Positions 1-12,792 of a stretch of 64,000 nt of DNA are shown in pieces. The notes under the pieces were generated by a model. It saw only the letters and a list, made by a program, of their open reading frames with translations. It was not told where the DNA came from and did not search any database. The DNA lies in assembly GCA_951406725.2 (NCBI GenBank), contig OX597833.1, forward strand, positions 72,664,001 to 72,728,000, given 5' to 3'. Each line of letters starts with the position of its first letter. Position 1 is the first letter of the stretch. Source of the stretch: Octopus vulgaris (taxonomy: Eukaryota). A program made the position numbers and the translations under genes.

Positions 1-337
1 TAGATGTATGCGTGCGTGCGTGCGCGTATGTGCGTGTATATATGTATATATGTTTTACTATTGCTTACAATCGGTCTTGGTTTGTTTACGTCCCCGTAAC
101 TTAACTACTCGGCAAAAGGGTCCGATAGAATAAGTAAGAAATAATTAAAAATAGTATAAGTACTGCGGTTGATTTGTTCAGCTAAGACCCTTTCAAGGCG
201 GTGCCCCAGCATGGCCGCAATCCAATGACTAAAACAAGGAAGTGATAAATGGAAATTAAAAGTTAAGAATTAATAAAGACGGTAAAATTAATGTATTTTC
301 TGTGGTGGGTGGTTAAGGGTTAGGGTTTCCTACTTAC

Positions 338-694
338 CATCTGTTACAAGAACCAAAACCCTGGGGGCATCCTTCTTGGGTTTGGCACCATTACTCGGGT
401 TGAAAACATTGTTGACGACAGTGTTGATTCCAGCGGCCGTTTCTGTGCCTCCGCTATCGTAGCCCATGGTCCGGATCTTCTGAATCATTTGACTTTTGCT
501 GGTGAAAGCATTCAAGTAAAAGAGCACTTTGGCTGTGCTACTAAAAGTGGTAACAGACACCCGGAACTGGCCGGGAGATATTGGCAGCCGGTTGATGGAC
601 TTCTCCAGAAACTGCTTCACTTTGTTGTAGTTGGCTTGTCCAACACTTCCCGATTCATCCAGAAGAAATACAAGATCCGTCGGCTTCTCACAGC
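338..694 (-). CDS. Exon 3: von Willebrand factor A domain (gene continues left of window)
   Basis: TTTCAG acceptor, phase 1, matching exon 2. Reads CEKPTDLVFLLDESGSVG (DxSxS MIDAS)...GGTET...VLVLVTDG, then a GTAAGT donor at 337. Confidence 0.9.
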
Positions 695-795
695 CTGAAA
701 TAAGACGATTCCTATGTCAGACAATGAGAAAAAAGGGTGTGGCGGAGGGTGGGGTGGGGGATACGACACTGCGTTGGGATTCCATTCCATAATAA

Positions 796-835
<40 letters not shown>

Positions 836-1340
836 CTCCTCACTCAAAATTTCTCAATGCATCCCCTATTTCTCTTTCTAACCCATATACACACACACAT
901 ACATACATTCACACATACACACATGCATACACACATACATACATACATACATACACACATACACACACACACATACATACACACATACATACATACATAC
1001 AAAAATACCCTGATGATGTTGCTGAAATTGTAATGAAGGAGCCTTGGATCAAGGTTAGAAACCAGCTCTTTCTCTATCGGCAAGAAATCTTGAAATAAAA
1101 CTGAATAATGACATACATACAGAAATACACACATACAGACACACACACATAGATACATACATACATACATACAAGCAGATATACATACGTACATACACAC
1201 ATTCATGTATACATATATACATACATACACACACACATCCATTCATGCACATACACATACATACACACATGTACACACGCATACACACAGATACATACAC
1301 ACATACACACGTATACAGATAGATATACAAACAAACTTAC

Positions 1341-1626
1341 TGACTGACACTCGATTCGCTGCTTCTTTGAACTTGTTGTTGTTATTGGTGACCCCTGGAT
1401 GGAAGTAATGTTGCCAGATGCTTTCTTGGCTGGCCGCATCCCCGGCAATGGGTTTGCCGCGCAGTTGCAGGTACAGGTAAGTCGCTAAGCCGGAATACAA
1501 AGGTTTCATCAGATCCGACCATTTGGTCTGTGACCAGTTGATGTTGAATGTTTGCCGAATCTTTTGGCAAGGTGCAGCCAACACGCCGCTGCAAGGTCTT
1601 ACGGCATTGTACTGCTTTTCGGTGAT
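1341..1626 (-). CDS. Exon 2 of lysozyme-like + VWA protein
   Basis: TAG acceptor after a (TTC)n pyrimidine tract. Reads ITEKQYNAVRPCSGVLAAPCQKIRQTFNINWSQTKWSDLMKPLYSGLATYLYLQ...RVSV. GTAAGT donor at 1340, phase 1. Confidence 0.8.
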
Positions 1627-1630
1627 CTAG

Positions 1631-1680
1631 AGAAGAAGAAGAAGAAGAAGAAGAAGAAGAAGAATATGATGATAATTATG

Positions 1681-1748
<68 letters not shown>

Positions 1749-1910
1749 AAGAAGAAGAAGAAGAAGAAGAAGAAGAAGAGAAGAGAAGAAGAAGAAGGAA
1801 AAGAAGAAAAAGAAGAAGAAGAAGAAGAAGAAGAAAAGAAGAAGAAGGAAAAGAAGAAGAAGAAGAAGAAGAAGAAGAAGAAGAAGAAGAATAATATGAT
1901 GATAATTATG

Positions 1911-1941
<31 letters not shown>

Positions 1942-2080
1942 GAAGAAGAAGAAGAAGAAGAAGGAGAAGAAGAAGAAGAAGAAGAAGAAGAAGAAGAAGA
2001 AGAAGAAGAAGAAGAAGAAGAAGAAGAAGAAGAAGAAGAAGAAGAAGAAGAAGAAGAAGAAGAAGAAGAAGAAGAAGAAG

Positions 2081-2112
<32 letters not shown>

Positions 2113-2222
2113 GGAGGTGGAGGAGGAAGAAAGGAAGAGAAAGAAGAGAAAGGAGGAAAAGAAGAGAAAGAAAATAAAGAAGATAAAGAAGATAAAGAAG
2201 ATAAAGAAGAAGCTGAAGAAGA
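1631..2222. repeat. Compound (GAA)n/(TAA)n microsatellite in intron 1 of the VWA gene
   Basis: Directly visible trinucleotide arrays, with an internally duplicated gaatatgatgataattatgataat block. Confidence 0.95.
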
Positions 2223-2565
2223 AACACGTGAAATGCAAACTAAAACTAGAACATCAACGTAAGGTGAGAGAGCGATGGCAAGAAAAGCCCCGAAACCGGG
2301 CAAATATTGGGTTCAGGGAAATAAAAAAGAAAAAGGGAAAGCAAAATGGCAGAGAGAGAAGCGTGTGTTTGTGTGTGTATGTGTGTGTGTGTGTGTGGTG
2401 AGGTAAGGGAGAAATTGTCTGAGTGGACAATCTAAGCGCCATCTTGTCTTCCGTTGGTCATTTGCGATTTGGACAAAGCACGGCTGTTGGTCTTGCCACC
2501 TTCTCAGCGTCTATAAAAGGGCCACGTCTTTTCTTATAGATGATAATAGTGATAGTGGAAAGTGT

Positions 2566-2600
<35 letters not shown>

Positions 2601-2714
2601 GGACAGACAGACAGAGAGAGGAGGGAGTGAGAGAGAAAGGGAGAAATGAGGGAAAGAGGATGAGGTTCGGCAATTAAACTACCAACAAACAAACTAACAA
2701 ACAAACCAACCAAC

Positions 2715-2960
2715 CTGCCATATTCCTCCGAAGAAATTCGGTCGGAAAGTGCTGTGGTCGAAACCATCTTTCGATTCGACGTAGGCCATTCTTCTGACGA
2801 AAAGTCTGTCATTATCAAATATACAGGAACCTCGAATTTTATCGACGACAGCTTCAACCACGCTGGGACCGTTCGCTTTTGGCACCAAAGTCCTGTCCAC
2901 ACTGTTCGCCTTCACAACATTCAACAATAAAGCACTGGCAATCCACCATATTGCTTGCAT
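2715..2960 (-). CDS. Exon 1 of secreted lysozyme-like + VWA domain protein (signal peptide and start of lysozyme/SLT-like domain)
   Basis: ATG at 2960 gives MQAIWWIASALLLNVVKA (signal peptide-like) followed by ...RRMAYVESKDG...GGIWQ. GT donor at 2714, phase 0. TATA and CCAAT boxes lie upstream. Confidence 0.8.
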
Positions 2961-3032
2961 GATGGACGATTTGACGTGTACACTTTTATCCGGCACAATC
3001 AATGGAAACTGTCCACCGCTGGCTGATCCTTA

Positions 3033-3066
3033 TTTTATAGTGATCACCGACCAATCACCGACCAAT
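3033..3066 (-). promoter_or_regulatory. Candidate core promoter of the VWA gene: TATAAAA plus two CCAAT boxes
   Basis: ttttata at 3033-3039 is TATAAAA on the minus strand, ~75 bp upstream of the ATG. Tandem accgaccaatc repeats give CCAAT at 3051 and 3062. Confidence 0.55.
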
Positions 3067-3130
3067 CGAAGCTGATTATTGACGACGGCGACGACGAAGA
3101 TTGGAAAGGTCTTTTTTATCTGTTCTTAAG

Positions 3131-3222
<92 letters not shown>

Positions 3223-3240
3223 TCCTTCTTTCTTTCTTTT

Positions 3241-3326
<86 letters not shown>
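3131..3326. repeat. (TTTC)n microsatellite
   Basis: Directly visible tetranucleotide array. Confidence 0.95.
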
Positions 3327-3327
<1 letters not shown>

Positions 3328-3611
3328 CCTCCCAATCTTGTTAAGTGTCTCACATTATCTCTTGAACTCATTTTTGAGAAGTGAGCGGGTTGGGTTGGTT
3401 TTTGGTGGTGGTCGTGGTGGATTATTGCCTTCAACATGTCAAAAATAAAGAATAAAAAAAGTAAATAAAATCTCAGATAAATGATAAATAAAACCCAGGG
3501 TACCTCCACACAGTCACAGTCACAAAGATACACACACACACACACACACACACACGTATATAAAGAGAAAGGTAGAGAGAGACGGGAGATAGAGAGGAAG
3601 AGAAAGAGAGG

Positions 3612-3695
<84 letters not shown>

Positions 3696-3872
3696 CAATT
3701 ATGTGGCAAAACCAATTGGATATATAAAATGTAACAGTTTGGGTATGAAATACAAAATATGTTGCTATGGATACAGGCAAAACGAGAGAAAGCAAAAACG
3801 AATATCTGAGTATAGACATATACGGGGTCGGGGAGAAAGTGGGCATTAAAAATTGGTCATAAACTCCATATC

Positions 3873-4403
3873 CCTTTTAATGAAAGGTTGTGTCTTAAGA
3901 GAGATCTGGCTGCTATTTGTAGTGGCTCAAGTTACGACAGAGAACCCTCTGTGTGTGTGTGTGTGTTTTGTTGCGGTGAATAAAATACTTTTTCTCAGAA
4001 TATTTCGCAGAATCATTTTAAAGAAATCTGGGCATCTTTCTTACTGCCAACCATTCAACTTCAAATCACAACTGTTAATTGTTGCAAGTCAAGCAGACTG
4101 AGATGTACATATACTGTTATCGTTTAGAGTGCAGCAGTTCAGTACATAGTTTTGAACTCATTATCTGGTGGTTAGTAATCCATTGCCTTAAATACGAAGC
4201 CATTAAGTCTTTAAACACTATTTTCCTGGGTTTAGTCTTTCGACTGTCACCATGATGGGGGTATCACCTGCAAAAATGTAATGGATCATATTGACCTCAT
4301 TACGTATTTCAGTCTGGTATTTATTCTATAGAACTCTGCTTGGGGAACTTTGTGATATAGCGGGACACAATACACGATTTGACAACAAATGTACACACAC
4401 ACA

Positions 4404-4446
<43 letters not shown>

Positions 4447-4617
4447 GCACACACGCACACACACACATATATTAGGTGCAAGAATGTGGTTGAGAAGTTT
4501 GCTTCCCAACCACATGGTTGTTTAGTGTTTGTGTGTCCATTCTGCCCATAAGACAGAAAGAAATAATACAATGTGGTTGTAGGTCATAACACGGGCAACG
4601 CCGGGGTGCATTGCTAG
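3873..4617 (+). repeat. Copy A of an inverted duplicated segment (partner at ~21767-22666), ending in a Helitron-like 3' terminus
   Basis: Near-identical reverse complement of 21997-22666 over ~650 bp. Ends acgggcaacgccgggg-tgcattgCTAG-t. Confidence 0.85.
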
Positions 4618-5099
4618 TTCTTCTCTAAGACGAACAGTTCTTTGTGGGAATCCTGCTCACGCGAAGGAAGAGATTCAAACTTGAGACACTCTTGGATACG
4701 AAAGGATAAACTAATCTCGGTAAAGCAGAAGGTGTCCCCTGCCCCCCGTCAGCATTGGTGTGACTGATGAGGGGGATGTCCAGTCTGAAGGTCAGAAGGT
4801 TAAAGTTAGGTGGACAGAGGGGAAGGTGGGACATGGAGAATGCTGGAGATTGTTGAGAAAGAAAAACTTGACCAAGTGTTTCGTCTGAGGTCAAAGGGTA
4901 AAAGGCGGGTGGGGAGAGAAGTTGGTGAGTTGGGGTGGGCCTGGGTGGAGAGTATATGAAGTGAAATGGTGGTGGTGGTGGTAGCACCATTGTGGTTGTG
5001 GAAATGGTTGTTGAATCAAGTTGTTCTTCATTGTTTTTGTTGTTTAGCCCATGGTCCTCCCGGACTGCGCAGTTTTAACCTACGACTACATAATTTAAG

Positions 5100-5630
5100 A
5101 TGGTAGAGTCTGATTTGAAGGAAATTTGACTGCAATAATTGAAGCCGCAACAGCGGAACAGGAGGACATTCCAGAAGTTATAATTATTCTGGATGTGAAA
5201 AAAACTGATAGTCTCTGTCCAGGGCAGAACCCCAATATGTTTCGAGTGGGGACTGAAGGGGCACACAAGGAATACGTGCCCCTCACCCCGCCCCAGGCCC
5301 ATCAACCTGAAGCACAAGTATAGAAACAGGATGAACGAAAGGAAGAGCAAGAGAAACCTAACGAGGAAGCTGCAGGTGAAGAGGAAGAGAAGCAGGAAGA
5401 GGCGGAGAAGAAAGTGGAGGAGAAGGAGAATTGCGTGCCGGAAGAAGCTGGACCGTCCACATCTACCGAGGAAAGTGGGGAGAAATGGTCAGTTGGTGGG
5501 AGGAAGAAGAAAAGAAAGTCATCGTTCTCTTCCTCCAACAAACACAAAAAGCTTAAATAAGAATGCACGAGATTCGAACGCAGACAGCAAAAAGAAAAAA
5601 GATTCCCCTCCCCGAAAAGAAAGCTGAAAA
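5100..5630 (+). mobile_element. Degenerate LINE ORF1 (gag-like) fragment with zinc knuckle
   Basis: Frame-shifted GRTPICFEWGLKGHTRNTCP is a decayed CX2CX4HX4C, followed by an acidic then basic (KKKRK) low-complexity segment typical of L1/Tx1 ORF1. Confidence 0.6.
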
Positions 5631-6039
5631 TATAACACGAGTCGCAGCAGACAGCAAGGGCAAAGAGAGAAAAATGAAGGCACGAGGGTAGGAACGCTGA
5701 CGGCAAAAAAGCTACCCCGACCCCAAAAGAACGCAAAATATAGAAAACAAACAACAGACAGCAACGACAAAGAGACAAAAATTAAATAACTGTTTAAAAA
5801 TTCTTTCTAAAAATGTTCAATGACGTTATCTGGCGCGTTGGGTTCGAGTTGACGTCGTTCCATCTTTTAATTTATCGTTACCATTCTTTCATTCGATTTT
5901 ATTACCCCCCCGCTTTTGTGTTTTTCCTGTCCTTGTGTGTCCCCTCTATGTTCGGCCCTGTGTGGCCCAAATAATAAAATGCAGTCAGCGAGGCACGCCT
6001 TTGAGGTGCTGTTGGTTATTTATTGCTTGGCATCGTTTC

Positions 6040-7362
6040 GTTGCAGCGGCTTTGCTATGGAAAATACCTGGCAAACTTGGATGTCCAGATCACTTTGTAT
6101 CTATAATTAAATCATTTCATGATGAGATGGAGCTTGGATCAGTGTTGGTTGTGGCATGGCGGGACCCATTCCCGTAGAGAATGGTGTCAAGCAGGGAGAC
6201 ATCCTTGCCCCAACTCTCTTCTCTGTACTTTACTGCTGCGTTTACTCTTCCTTTTGCTAAGGTTATCTCTCTGGGAATATATGTCAGGTATCGACCTTCC
6301 GGCCGCCTCTTTAATCTGCGCCGATTTTCTGCCATTCAAAAATGTTCCCGTCTCTTATTCGTGACCTCCTTTATGCAGATGACTGTGACTTAGTCACTTT
6401 TACAGTGGATGACATGCAAATACTTATGAACCGTATTTCTGCTTCTTGCAAGGCGTTTGGATTCATCATTAGCCTGGAAAAGGCTGTTGTAATGTTCCAG
6501 CCTGCGCCAGGAAATCCATATGTGAAACCAGCTATCTTGGTTGAAGAAACAATTCTGAAAGTGGTAGACAAGTTTGGGTCTACATGGGCAGCACATTCAA
6601 CCGTTCTTGCTCCCTGGATGAGGAAATATCTTTCAGGCTGCAGCGAGCAACTGATTCCTTCCCGTCTCTTCAATCTCGTGTCTAGTCCCAGCGTGGCATC
6701 ACAAAGAAAACAGAAATTGCTGTGTACCGTGAATGTGTACTGACATCGCTCCTTTAGTCATATAAGGGTCCTTGAATGCTTTCATCAGAGATCTCTCAGA
6801 CACATTCTGAATGTTGGCTGGATCTTAAAAACTTCAGACACACAGGTCCTGAGGACAGCTGATATCTTAAGTATTGAGGCGATGGCGCACAAGCACCGGT
6901 TACGTTGGACTGGATACCTTATTAGAATGAAGGACAACAGGATCCCTAGGCAGATGCTATATGGGGAACTGGTGAATGGAAAGAGACCCCAGCAGAAACC
7001 AAGGCTGCGATTTAAGAACTGTGTCAAGTCCTCATCAAAGACCTGTGATATGCAGGAGACTGACAGGGAGAGCAATGCCTGTCATCGCCACAGATGGAGG
7101 AAGCAGGTTAAGGAGGGGGTCAACACCTTTGAGGGAGCACGTATTCTGCGTGAAGAATTTCAGGGTGCTGCTCAAAAGCGCACGGCTGGTGGAGTGAATG
7201 GGGAAAGCTTGGTCTGCAATGTTTGCCGTCGTGTATGCTTGTCAAGAGCAGGGCTCATCAGCCACCAATGGAGCCGCAAATGCAAAACATAAGTTAGTCC
7301 TAGAGTGCACAATGTTCCTGAAGGTCAGCAATGGTCTTCCTCGGTCACGAGTGGACGGCCGT
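6040..7362 (+). mobile_element. 5'-truncated, frameshifted RTE-clade LINE (RT and C-terminal C2H2 finger)
   Basis: LWKIPGKLGCPDHFVSIIKSFHD; NGVKQGDILAPTLF; YRPSGRLFNLRR; DLLYADDC; RLRWTGYLIRMKDNRIPRQMLYGEL; CNVCRRVCLSRAGLISHQ. Confidence 0.9.
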
Positions 7363-7504
7363 CATGTGTGTGTGTGTGTGGGTGTATGTATGTATGTATG
7401 TATGTATGTATGTGTGTATGCATGTGTTTGTATGTACGTATGTGTGTGTATGTAAATATGAATACACACGCACACACACACACACACACGCACACACACA
7501 CACG

Positions 7505-7535
<31 letters not shown>

Positions 7536-7877
7536 GCATTTGTATATATGTCATGACAATTATCAGTATACAGTAATCCCTCGCCATATCGCGTTTCACC
7601 TATCACCAACTAGCACATGGCTCCGTCCCCCACAGTTTCGGGTCTTGTGCCTAGAGCAGAAAAGAATATGGTGGGCTCTGATTGTTCCCTGATGAGAAGC
7701 TTCGACCAAGACCAAAAGGAGAAACTTCAGACAGTTCTGTGTGGATCCTTCTGGTGTCTCCCGAGTTATGAACACTATGCTTTCTTTTCTACTCTAGGCA
7801 CAAGGCCCGAAATTTTGGGGGAGGGGACCAGTCAATTAGATCGATCCCAGCAAGCAACTGGTACTTAATTTATCGAG

Positions 7878-8103
7878 CGGCGGCGAGCTGGCAGATTCGT
7901 TAGCACGCCGGGCGAAATGCCTAGCGGTATTTCCTCTGCCGTTACGTTCTGAGTTCAAATTCCGCCGAGGTCAACTTTGCCTTTCATCCTTTCGGGGCCG
8001 ATTAAATAAGTACCAGTTACGCACTGGGGTCGATGTAATCGACTTAATACGTTTGTTTGTCCCCTCTGTGTTTAGCCCCTTGTGGGTAGTAAAGAAATAG
8101 GTA
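7878..8103 (+). mobile_element. tRNA-derived SINE, family 1
   Basis: ggcggcgagctggcaga...gagttcaaattcc (A/B-box-like head). Near-identical copies at ~29000, ~43320 and ~47870, plus many fragments. Confidence 0.85.
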
Positions 8104-8294
8104 CTTAATTTATCGATCACAATAGGATGAAAGGCAAAGTTGACCCCTAAAGGGTGAAAGGCAAAATTGACCCAGAAAAGATGAAAGGCAATGTCAAATT
8201 CAGAGCATAAAAACAGACGAAATACCGCCAAGCATTTCGACTGGCGTGCGAACGTTTCTGCCTGCTCGCCGCTTTGAACATTATGTTTTCTGCT

Positions 8295-8600
8295 GCAGCG
8301 ATGGTTTTAGGAGTGGTGAGTGATGAAAGTCATATCATGCTGCCTCACACCTTTCTACAGAGTCTTAGAATTAATACTGCTGGATACATTGAGATGCTGG
8401 AGATAGTTGTTAATCCTTAGAGGGATGAAGTACGCAGTGGAACGACTAAACATACTCCAGCGAGGCTCGGAACTTTCTCGCAAAGAATATGTCACCCAAG
8501 AATGAACGTCAAACAATTTTTATGATCAAATAACGCCAACGATTCCGGTTTCGCATTGAAGCAGTTATCGAAGCTGAGGGCGGATCCCTAGAATAAATCT
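8295..8600 (+). mobile_element. Degenerate Tc1/mariner (maT-like) transposase fragment
   Basis: MVLGVVSDESHIMLPHTFLQSLRINTAGYIEMLEIVVNP*... resembles the DDD catalytic region of maT/rosa-type transposases; contains stops. Confidence 0.6.
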
Positions 8601-8735
8601 TACAAGAAAGCTTATCAACATCTGTACAACATTTGTATTTAAACACATTTGGCTTTTGCTAGATTAGAGAGCTATTTTATAAATTTGCAAATGTCCTTAG
8701 CTACCCTTTGCACTCTGTGTACATATATATATATA

Positions 8736-8799
<64 letters not shown>

Positions 8800-9619
8800 T
8801 ACATACGTACATACATACATACATACATACATACATACATGCGTGCGTGTGAATGTGTGTGCGTATGACATCTGTGTTAGACATTCACATAAAATCGAGG
8901 TTCCAATTAACAACAACAACAACATTTCAGAAATTAAATGGAATGAAGTTTTTCCAATTTATTTTCTTCAATTCCTCCACAATCCCAACTGTTAAGAAAA
9001 AACTTCCCCCCACACCAATCAAATGACCCCATTACGCCTCCCCTCCCCTGCTATCCGACACCCAACACCCACCCTTTTCTCACCCGAGATTTTCATTAGT
9101 TTATTCCGAGCTCGAATTAATTGTTTCGTTGTTTGTTTGTTAATTCGTCTTTCTTCAGGAATAAACATCAAACCACTCACAAGAATGGAATGTAATTTCG
9201 CACAAGTCGCAGCCCCGCCGCCGCCGCATCTTCCCTCCCCAGAACCTCCGATATAATTCTTCTTCTTCGTTTCCTTCTTCTGCCTCCCCCCCCCCCGCCA
9301 AAATATGTGGACTTCTACAACAAGAACAATAACAGCAATTATTTCCTAACATAAGTGCAAGGTTTGTATCCTGAGGAGGAGAGGACTTCGGATTATATCG
9401 ACCTCAGTCGTTCACTCTTTTTCATCGTCGTCAAAAGCTGACGTCAGTGGGATTCGAACTCAGAACATAAACACCCGAAATACTGCAAAGCATTTTTGCG
9501 ACACTAACGAATAATAACAATAATCCTTTCTCTCTCGGGGGAGGGGGTCAGTAGATTACATCGGCTCCCCAGTACATAACTGGTACTTAATTTATCGACT
9601 CCGAAAAGATGAAAGGCAA

Positions 9620-10340
9620 TGCACGTAAGAAGGTTTTAGCTATAAATTCTTTGGCAGTTCCTGTTGTTATTTATTGTTTCGATGTGTTGAACTGGAAAAT
9701 GAGCGAAATAAGGAAGACTGACCGGAGAATCAGTAAGCTGCAGACTTGCAATAAGATGAACCACCCAAAAAGCAGACGCAGATTGTCTTTATCTACCCAG
9801 AGCTCAAGGAGGTCGAGGCTTGATCCAATTTGAAATCTCCTACAAAACCACCAGAATTGGACTGGCAAAATATCTTGAAACTTCTAACGATTGGATGCTA
9901 AAGCTCTTTGAAAACCATGAAAGACGTAAGAAGCTTCATTCTGTTATGAAGGAGAGCAAAATATTTTAAAGTGTGCTCATGCATAATACCCAGGTTGAAC
10001 AGCACGAATGAAGTGCAGCAAATGTAGTGGCAAAGAAGGTGAAATCAATAGCAAAGGCGTTTGAACAATTGGCTGATAGGTGGGAACAAAAACCTCAGTA
10101 TTGGCATATATGAGGCCTGTAGCATATAAGCTGATGTAGACCAGAAGCACATCCATCAGTGGCTACGGAGCTCAGGGCTAAAGGCAGAGAGCGAAGGCTT
10201 TATCTTGGCTGCCCAAGATCAGATGTGATGAAAAATGGTGTAGATCCAAACAGCCGATACTGCAACGATGGGATAGAAACGGTCAACCCCTTAATCTCTG
10301 GATGCAAGGTTTTAGCACCTGTAGAATACAAATCAAGATA
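9620..10340 (+). mobile_element. R4/Dong-like LINE fragment (post-RT region and zinc knuckle)
   Basis: KKVLAINSLAVPVVIYCFDVLNW...MNHPK and RYCNDGIETVNPLISGCKVLAPVEYKSR; homologous to 59550-60320. Confidence 0.75.
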
Positions 10341-10344
10341 TTTG

Positions 10345-10453
10345 TCCTCATCTTGTTTGTTGTTAACACAACGTTTCGGCTGATAAACCCTCCAGCATTT
10401 CAGGTGTCTTGGGGAAATTTTCGAAGCTGGGTTCTCAGGTATTTTTCGATGTT

Positions 10454-10495
<42 letters not shown>

Positions 10496-10565
10496 GTCGT
10501 CGTCGTCGTCGTCGTCGTCGTAGTCATCATCATCATCATCATCATCATCAACATCATCATCATCA

Positions 10566-10625
<60 letters not shown>

Positions 10626-10702
10626 TCACTGACTGGAATCGAACTCGGAATCTTGGGGTTAGTAGCCCGCGCTGTCAACCACTACGTCATATGCCCGTGG
10701 GT
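10345..10702 (-). mobile_element. tRNA-headed SINE with internal (AAT)n/(GAT)n tract and hammerhead-like tail
   Basis: Minus strand: tgacgtagtgg (A box)...gagttcgattc (B box), then microsatellite, then acac-ctgaaa-tgctg...cagcc-gaaacgtt-gtgt. Confidence 0.6.
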
Positions 10703-11280
10703 ATATAATAATGACAGCCCTTATCCAACCCTGCTTGGACAGTCCTATGATCAAAGATGTGGCAGTTTCGATCCTTCATGCCTCTTCTGGATCACATTAC
10801 TCAACATGTCTTGTCCCGCCTTCTTCAAGAAAAAGTAGAGTAGAGGCTGAGGGAGAATTAGATACTATTTCTAGCTTACGTAGCCGACTTGTTGTTGCTA
10901 TTGTTATTGTTGCTGCAATTGTTTAAACACAGACTAACTCTGAGAATTTTGATCAAAGACATTCCATCCATGGCAGGGAACTTAGGACCACATTATCCGA
11001 AATGGGCTTCAATTTTAAACGCGTGACTTGAGGGATGTTTCGCTATTTTTAGCCAATCGATGTCATTGTTGATGCTGTTCATGATGATGATGGTGATGAT
11101 GTTGCTAATGAATGTGATGGCAGCGGCGGCGGCGGTGGTGAAGGTGAGGGCTGAAGAAGAACTAAAGAGGAGGAGGAGGAGCAGGAGAAGGAGGAGGAGG
11201 AAGGGGCGGAGACAGCAGGGGAGTCGCATTAAACGTTGCTGTCGTGGTTGCCGTTGGAGGCGGGGCCGGGGGTGATTTCG

Positions 11281-11316
11281 GAAGAAGAAGAAGAAGAAGA
11301 AGAAGAAGAAGAAGAA

Positions 11317-11381
<65 letters not shown>

Positions 11382-11414
11382 CGATGACGATGATGATGAT
11401 GATGATGATGATGT

Positions 11415-11459
<45 letters not shown>

Positions 11460-11460
11460 A
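11281..11460. repeat. (GAA)n(GAT)n microsatellite
   Basis: Directly visible. Confidence 0.95.
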
Positions 11461-12562
11461 GGTGAAATAATGAATTTTTAAAGAGATTAGGAATGTAAAT
11501 TAAAGACGAGAATAGAAGCGTGTCAGGCAGAGAGAAGGTGATGTGCGTGGAATGGTGCGGCTGTGATTCTGTTATTTGAGAGGCAGCTGTCGCGGGAAGA
11601 CGTCGATCCGAACCACGGAGTGGCGCTCTGGGATGATACGAACCTCTACCACAACAGTTTGAGGCTGGGATTGTGAGTAGTGGTGTTCTTGTTGTTGTTT
11701 TTATTGTTGTTACATAACGACTCGACCAAGGAGAGGAGGTTTCTGTGGCGAATTACTGAGGAAAGGTGAGTCGAAAAAAGAAGAAAAATTATAACATTTC
11801 GTTCCGGTTTCAATCTGTTTCCATGTCTGTCGAAATAATTTCTTTTTTTAGGTCTGTTTGTTTGTTTGTTTGTTTACCTCTGCTTTTCAATTCTCATCTA
11901 TACATGAACATACTTATATCATATATATGTATGCACATATTTGTGTGTGTATGTATTTATATATATACATATATACATATATACATATGCACACACACAC
12001 GCACACACACACAGAGACGCATAGATACATACCCACACGTATACATATATATCAGGAACAAAAACACAAGTACTCAATAGATTGTATAGAGCGAGTTTAT
12101 TTATGATAATATGACCGACAAATATTGCAAGTTTGTGTTTGACTTCGTTTGATGCTGAGGAGAGCATTCATCGGGTGGATGTGCTTCGAATTGAAACACT
12201 CTCCCCAATGACTTCCATCTGAATAGAATACTCGATCACACATGAAAATTAAAAGACATCAAAAAGTTATAATATTAACCCATTATAATATTATAATATA
12301 AAATAGTATGATATAATATATTAAAATATAACATATCAAAATATAATATATTGTAGTATAATGTAATTATTCGTATAGTTATCCATACACGTGCATATTG
12401 TTATCCATACACATTCTGCCATAAATGAAACAAAAAAGAAAACAGCATTTTAGATGATTTAATCCTCGATACACTTTGTTCAAAAAACAAAATAAATCGA
12501 TCGTTCTTGTAATTCCGGAATTCCAACAACACTCAATGTTCTTGTTGTTATCTATGCGCACA

Positions 12563-12724
12563 GGCGCAGGAGTGGCCGAGTAGTAAGAAGCTTGCAGCCC
12601 AACCACATTTTTCCGGGTTCAGTCCTACTGCGTGGCACCTTGGGCAAGTGTTTTCTACTCTAGCCTCTATCCAACCAAAGCCTTGTGAATGGATTTGGTT
12701 GACGGAAACTGAAAGAAGCCCGTC

Positions 12725-12792
<68 letters not shown>

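Noticed and set aside
1008-1088. Possible extra exon (FLPIEKELVSNLDPRLLHYNFSNIIR) in the VWA gene; also contains ctgatga...gaaa
   Set aside because: It enters in phase 1 but its first donor is phase 0, while exon 2 already joins the VWA exon in phase. As a hammerhead it lacks stems I/II and a valid NUH triplet.
737-2442. Many ORFs of poly-R/L/F/I or HT/CV/YI dipeptide repeats (also throughout the window)
   Set aside because: They are translations of microsatellites that happen to lack stop codons.
7689-7740. ctgatga...gaaac motif
   Set aside because: No convincing stem I or stem III pairing could be drawn.
10620-10702. tRNA gene
   Set aside because: It has A/B boxes but no proper acceptor stem and runs into a repeat tail, so it is treated as a SINE head.
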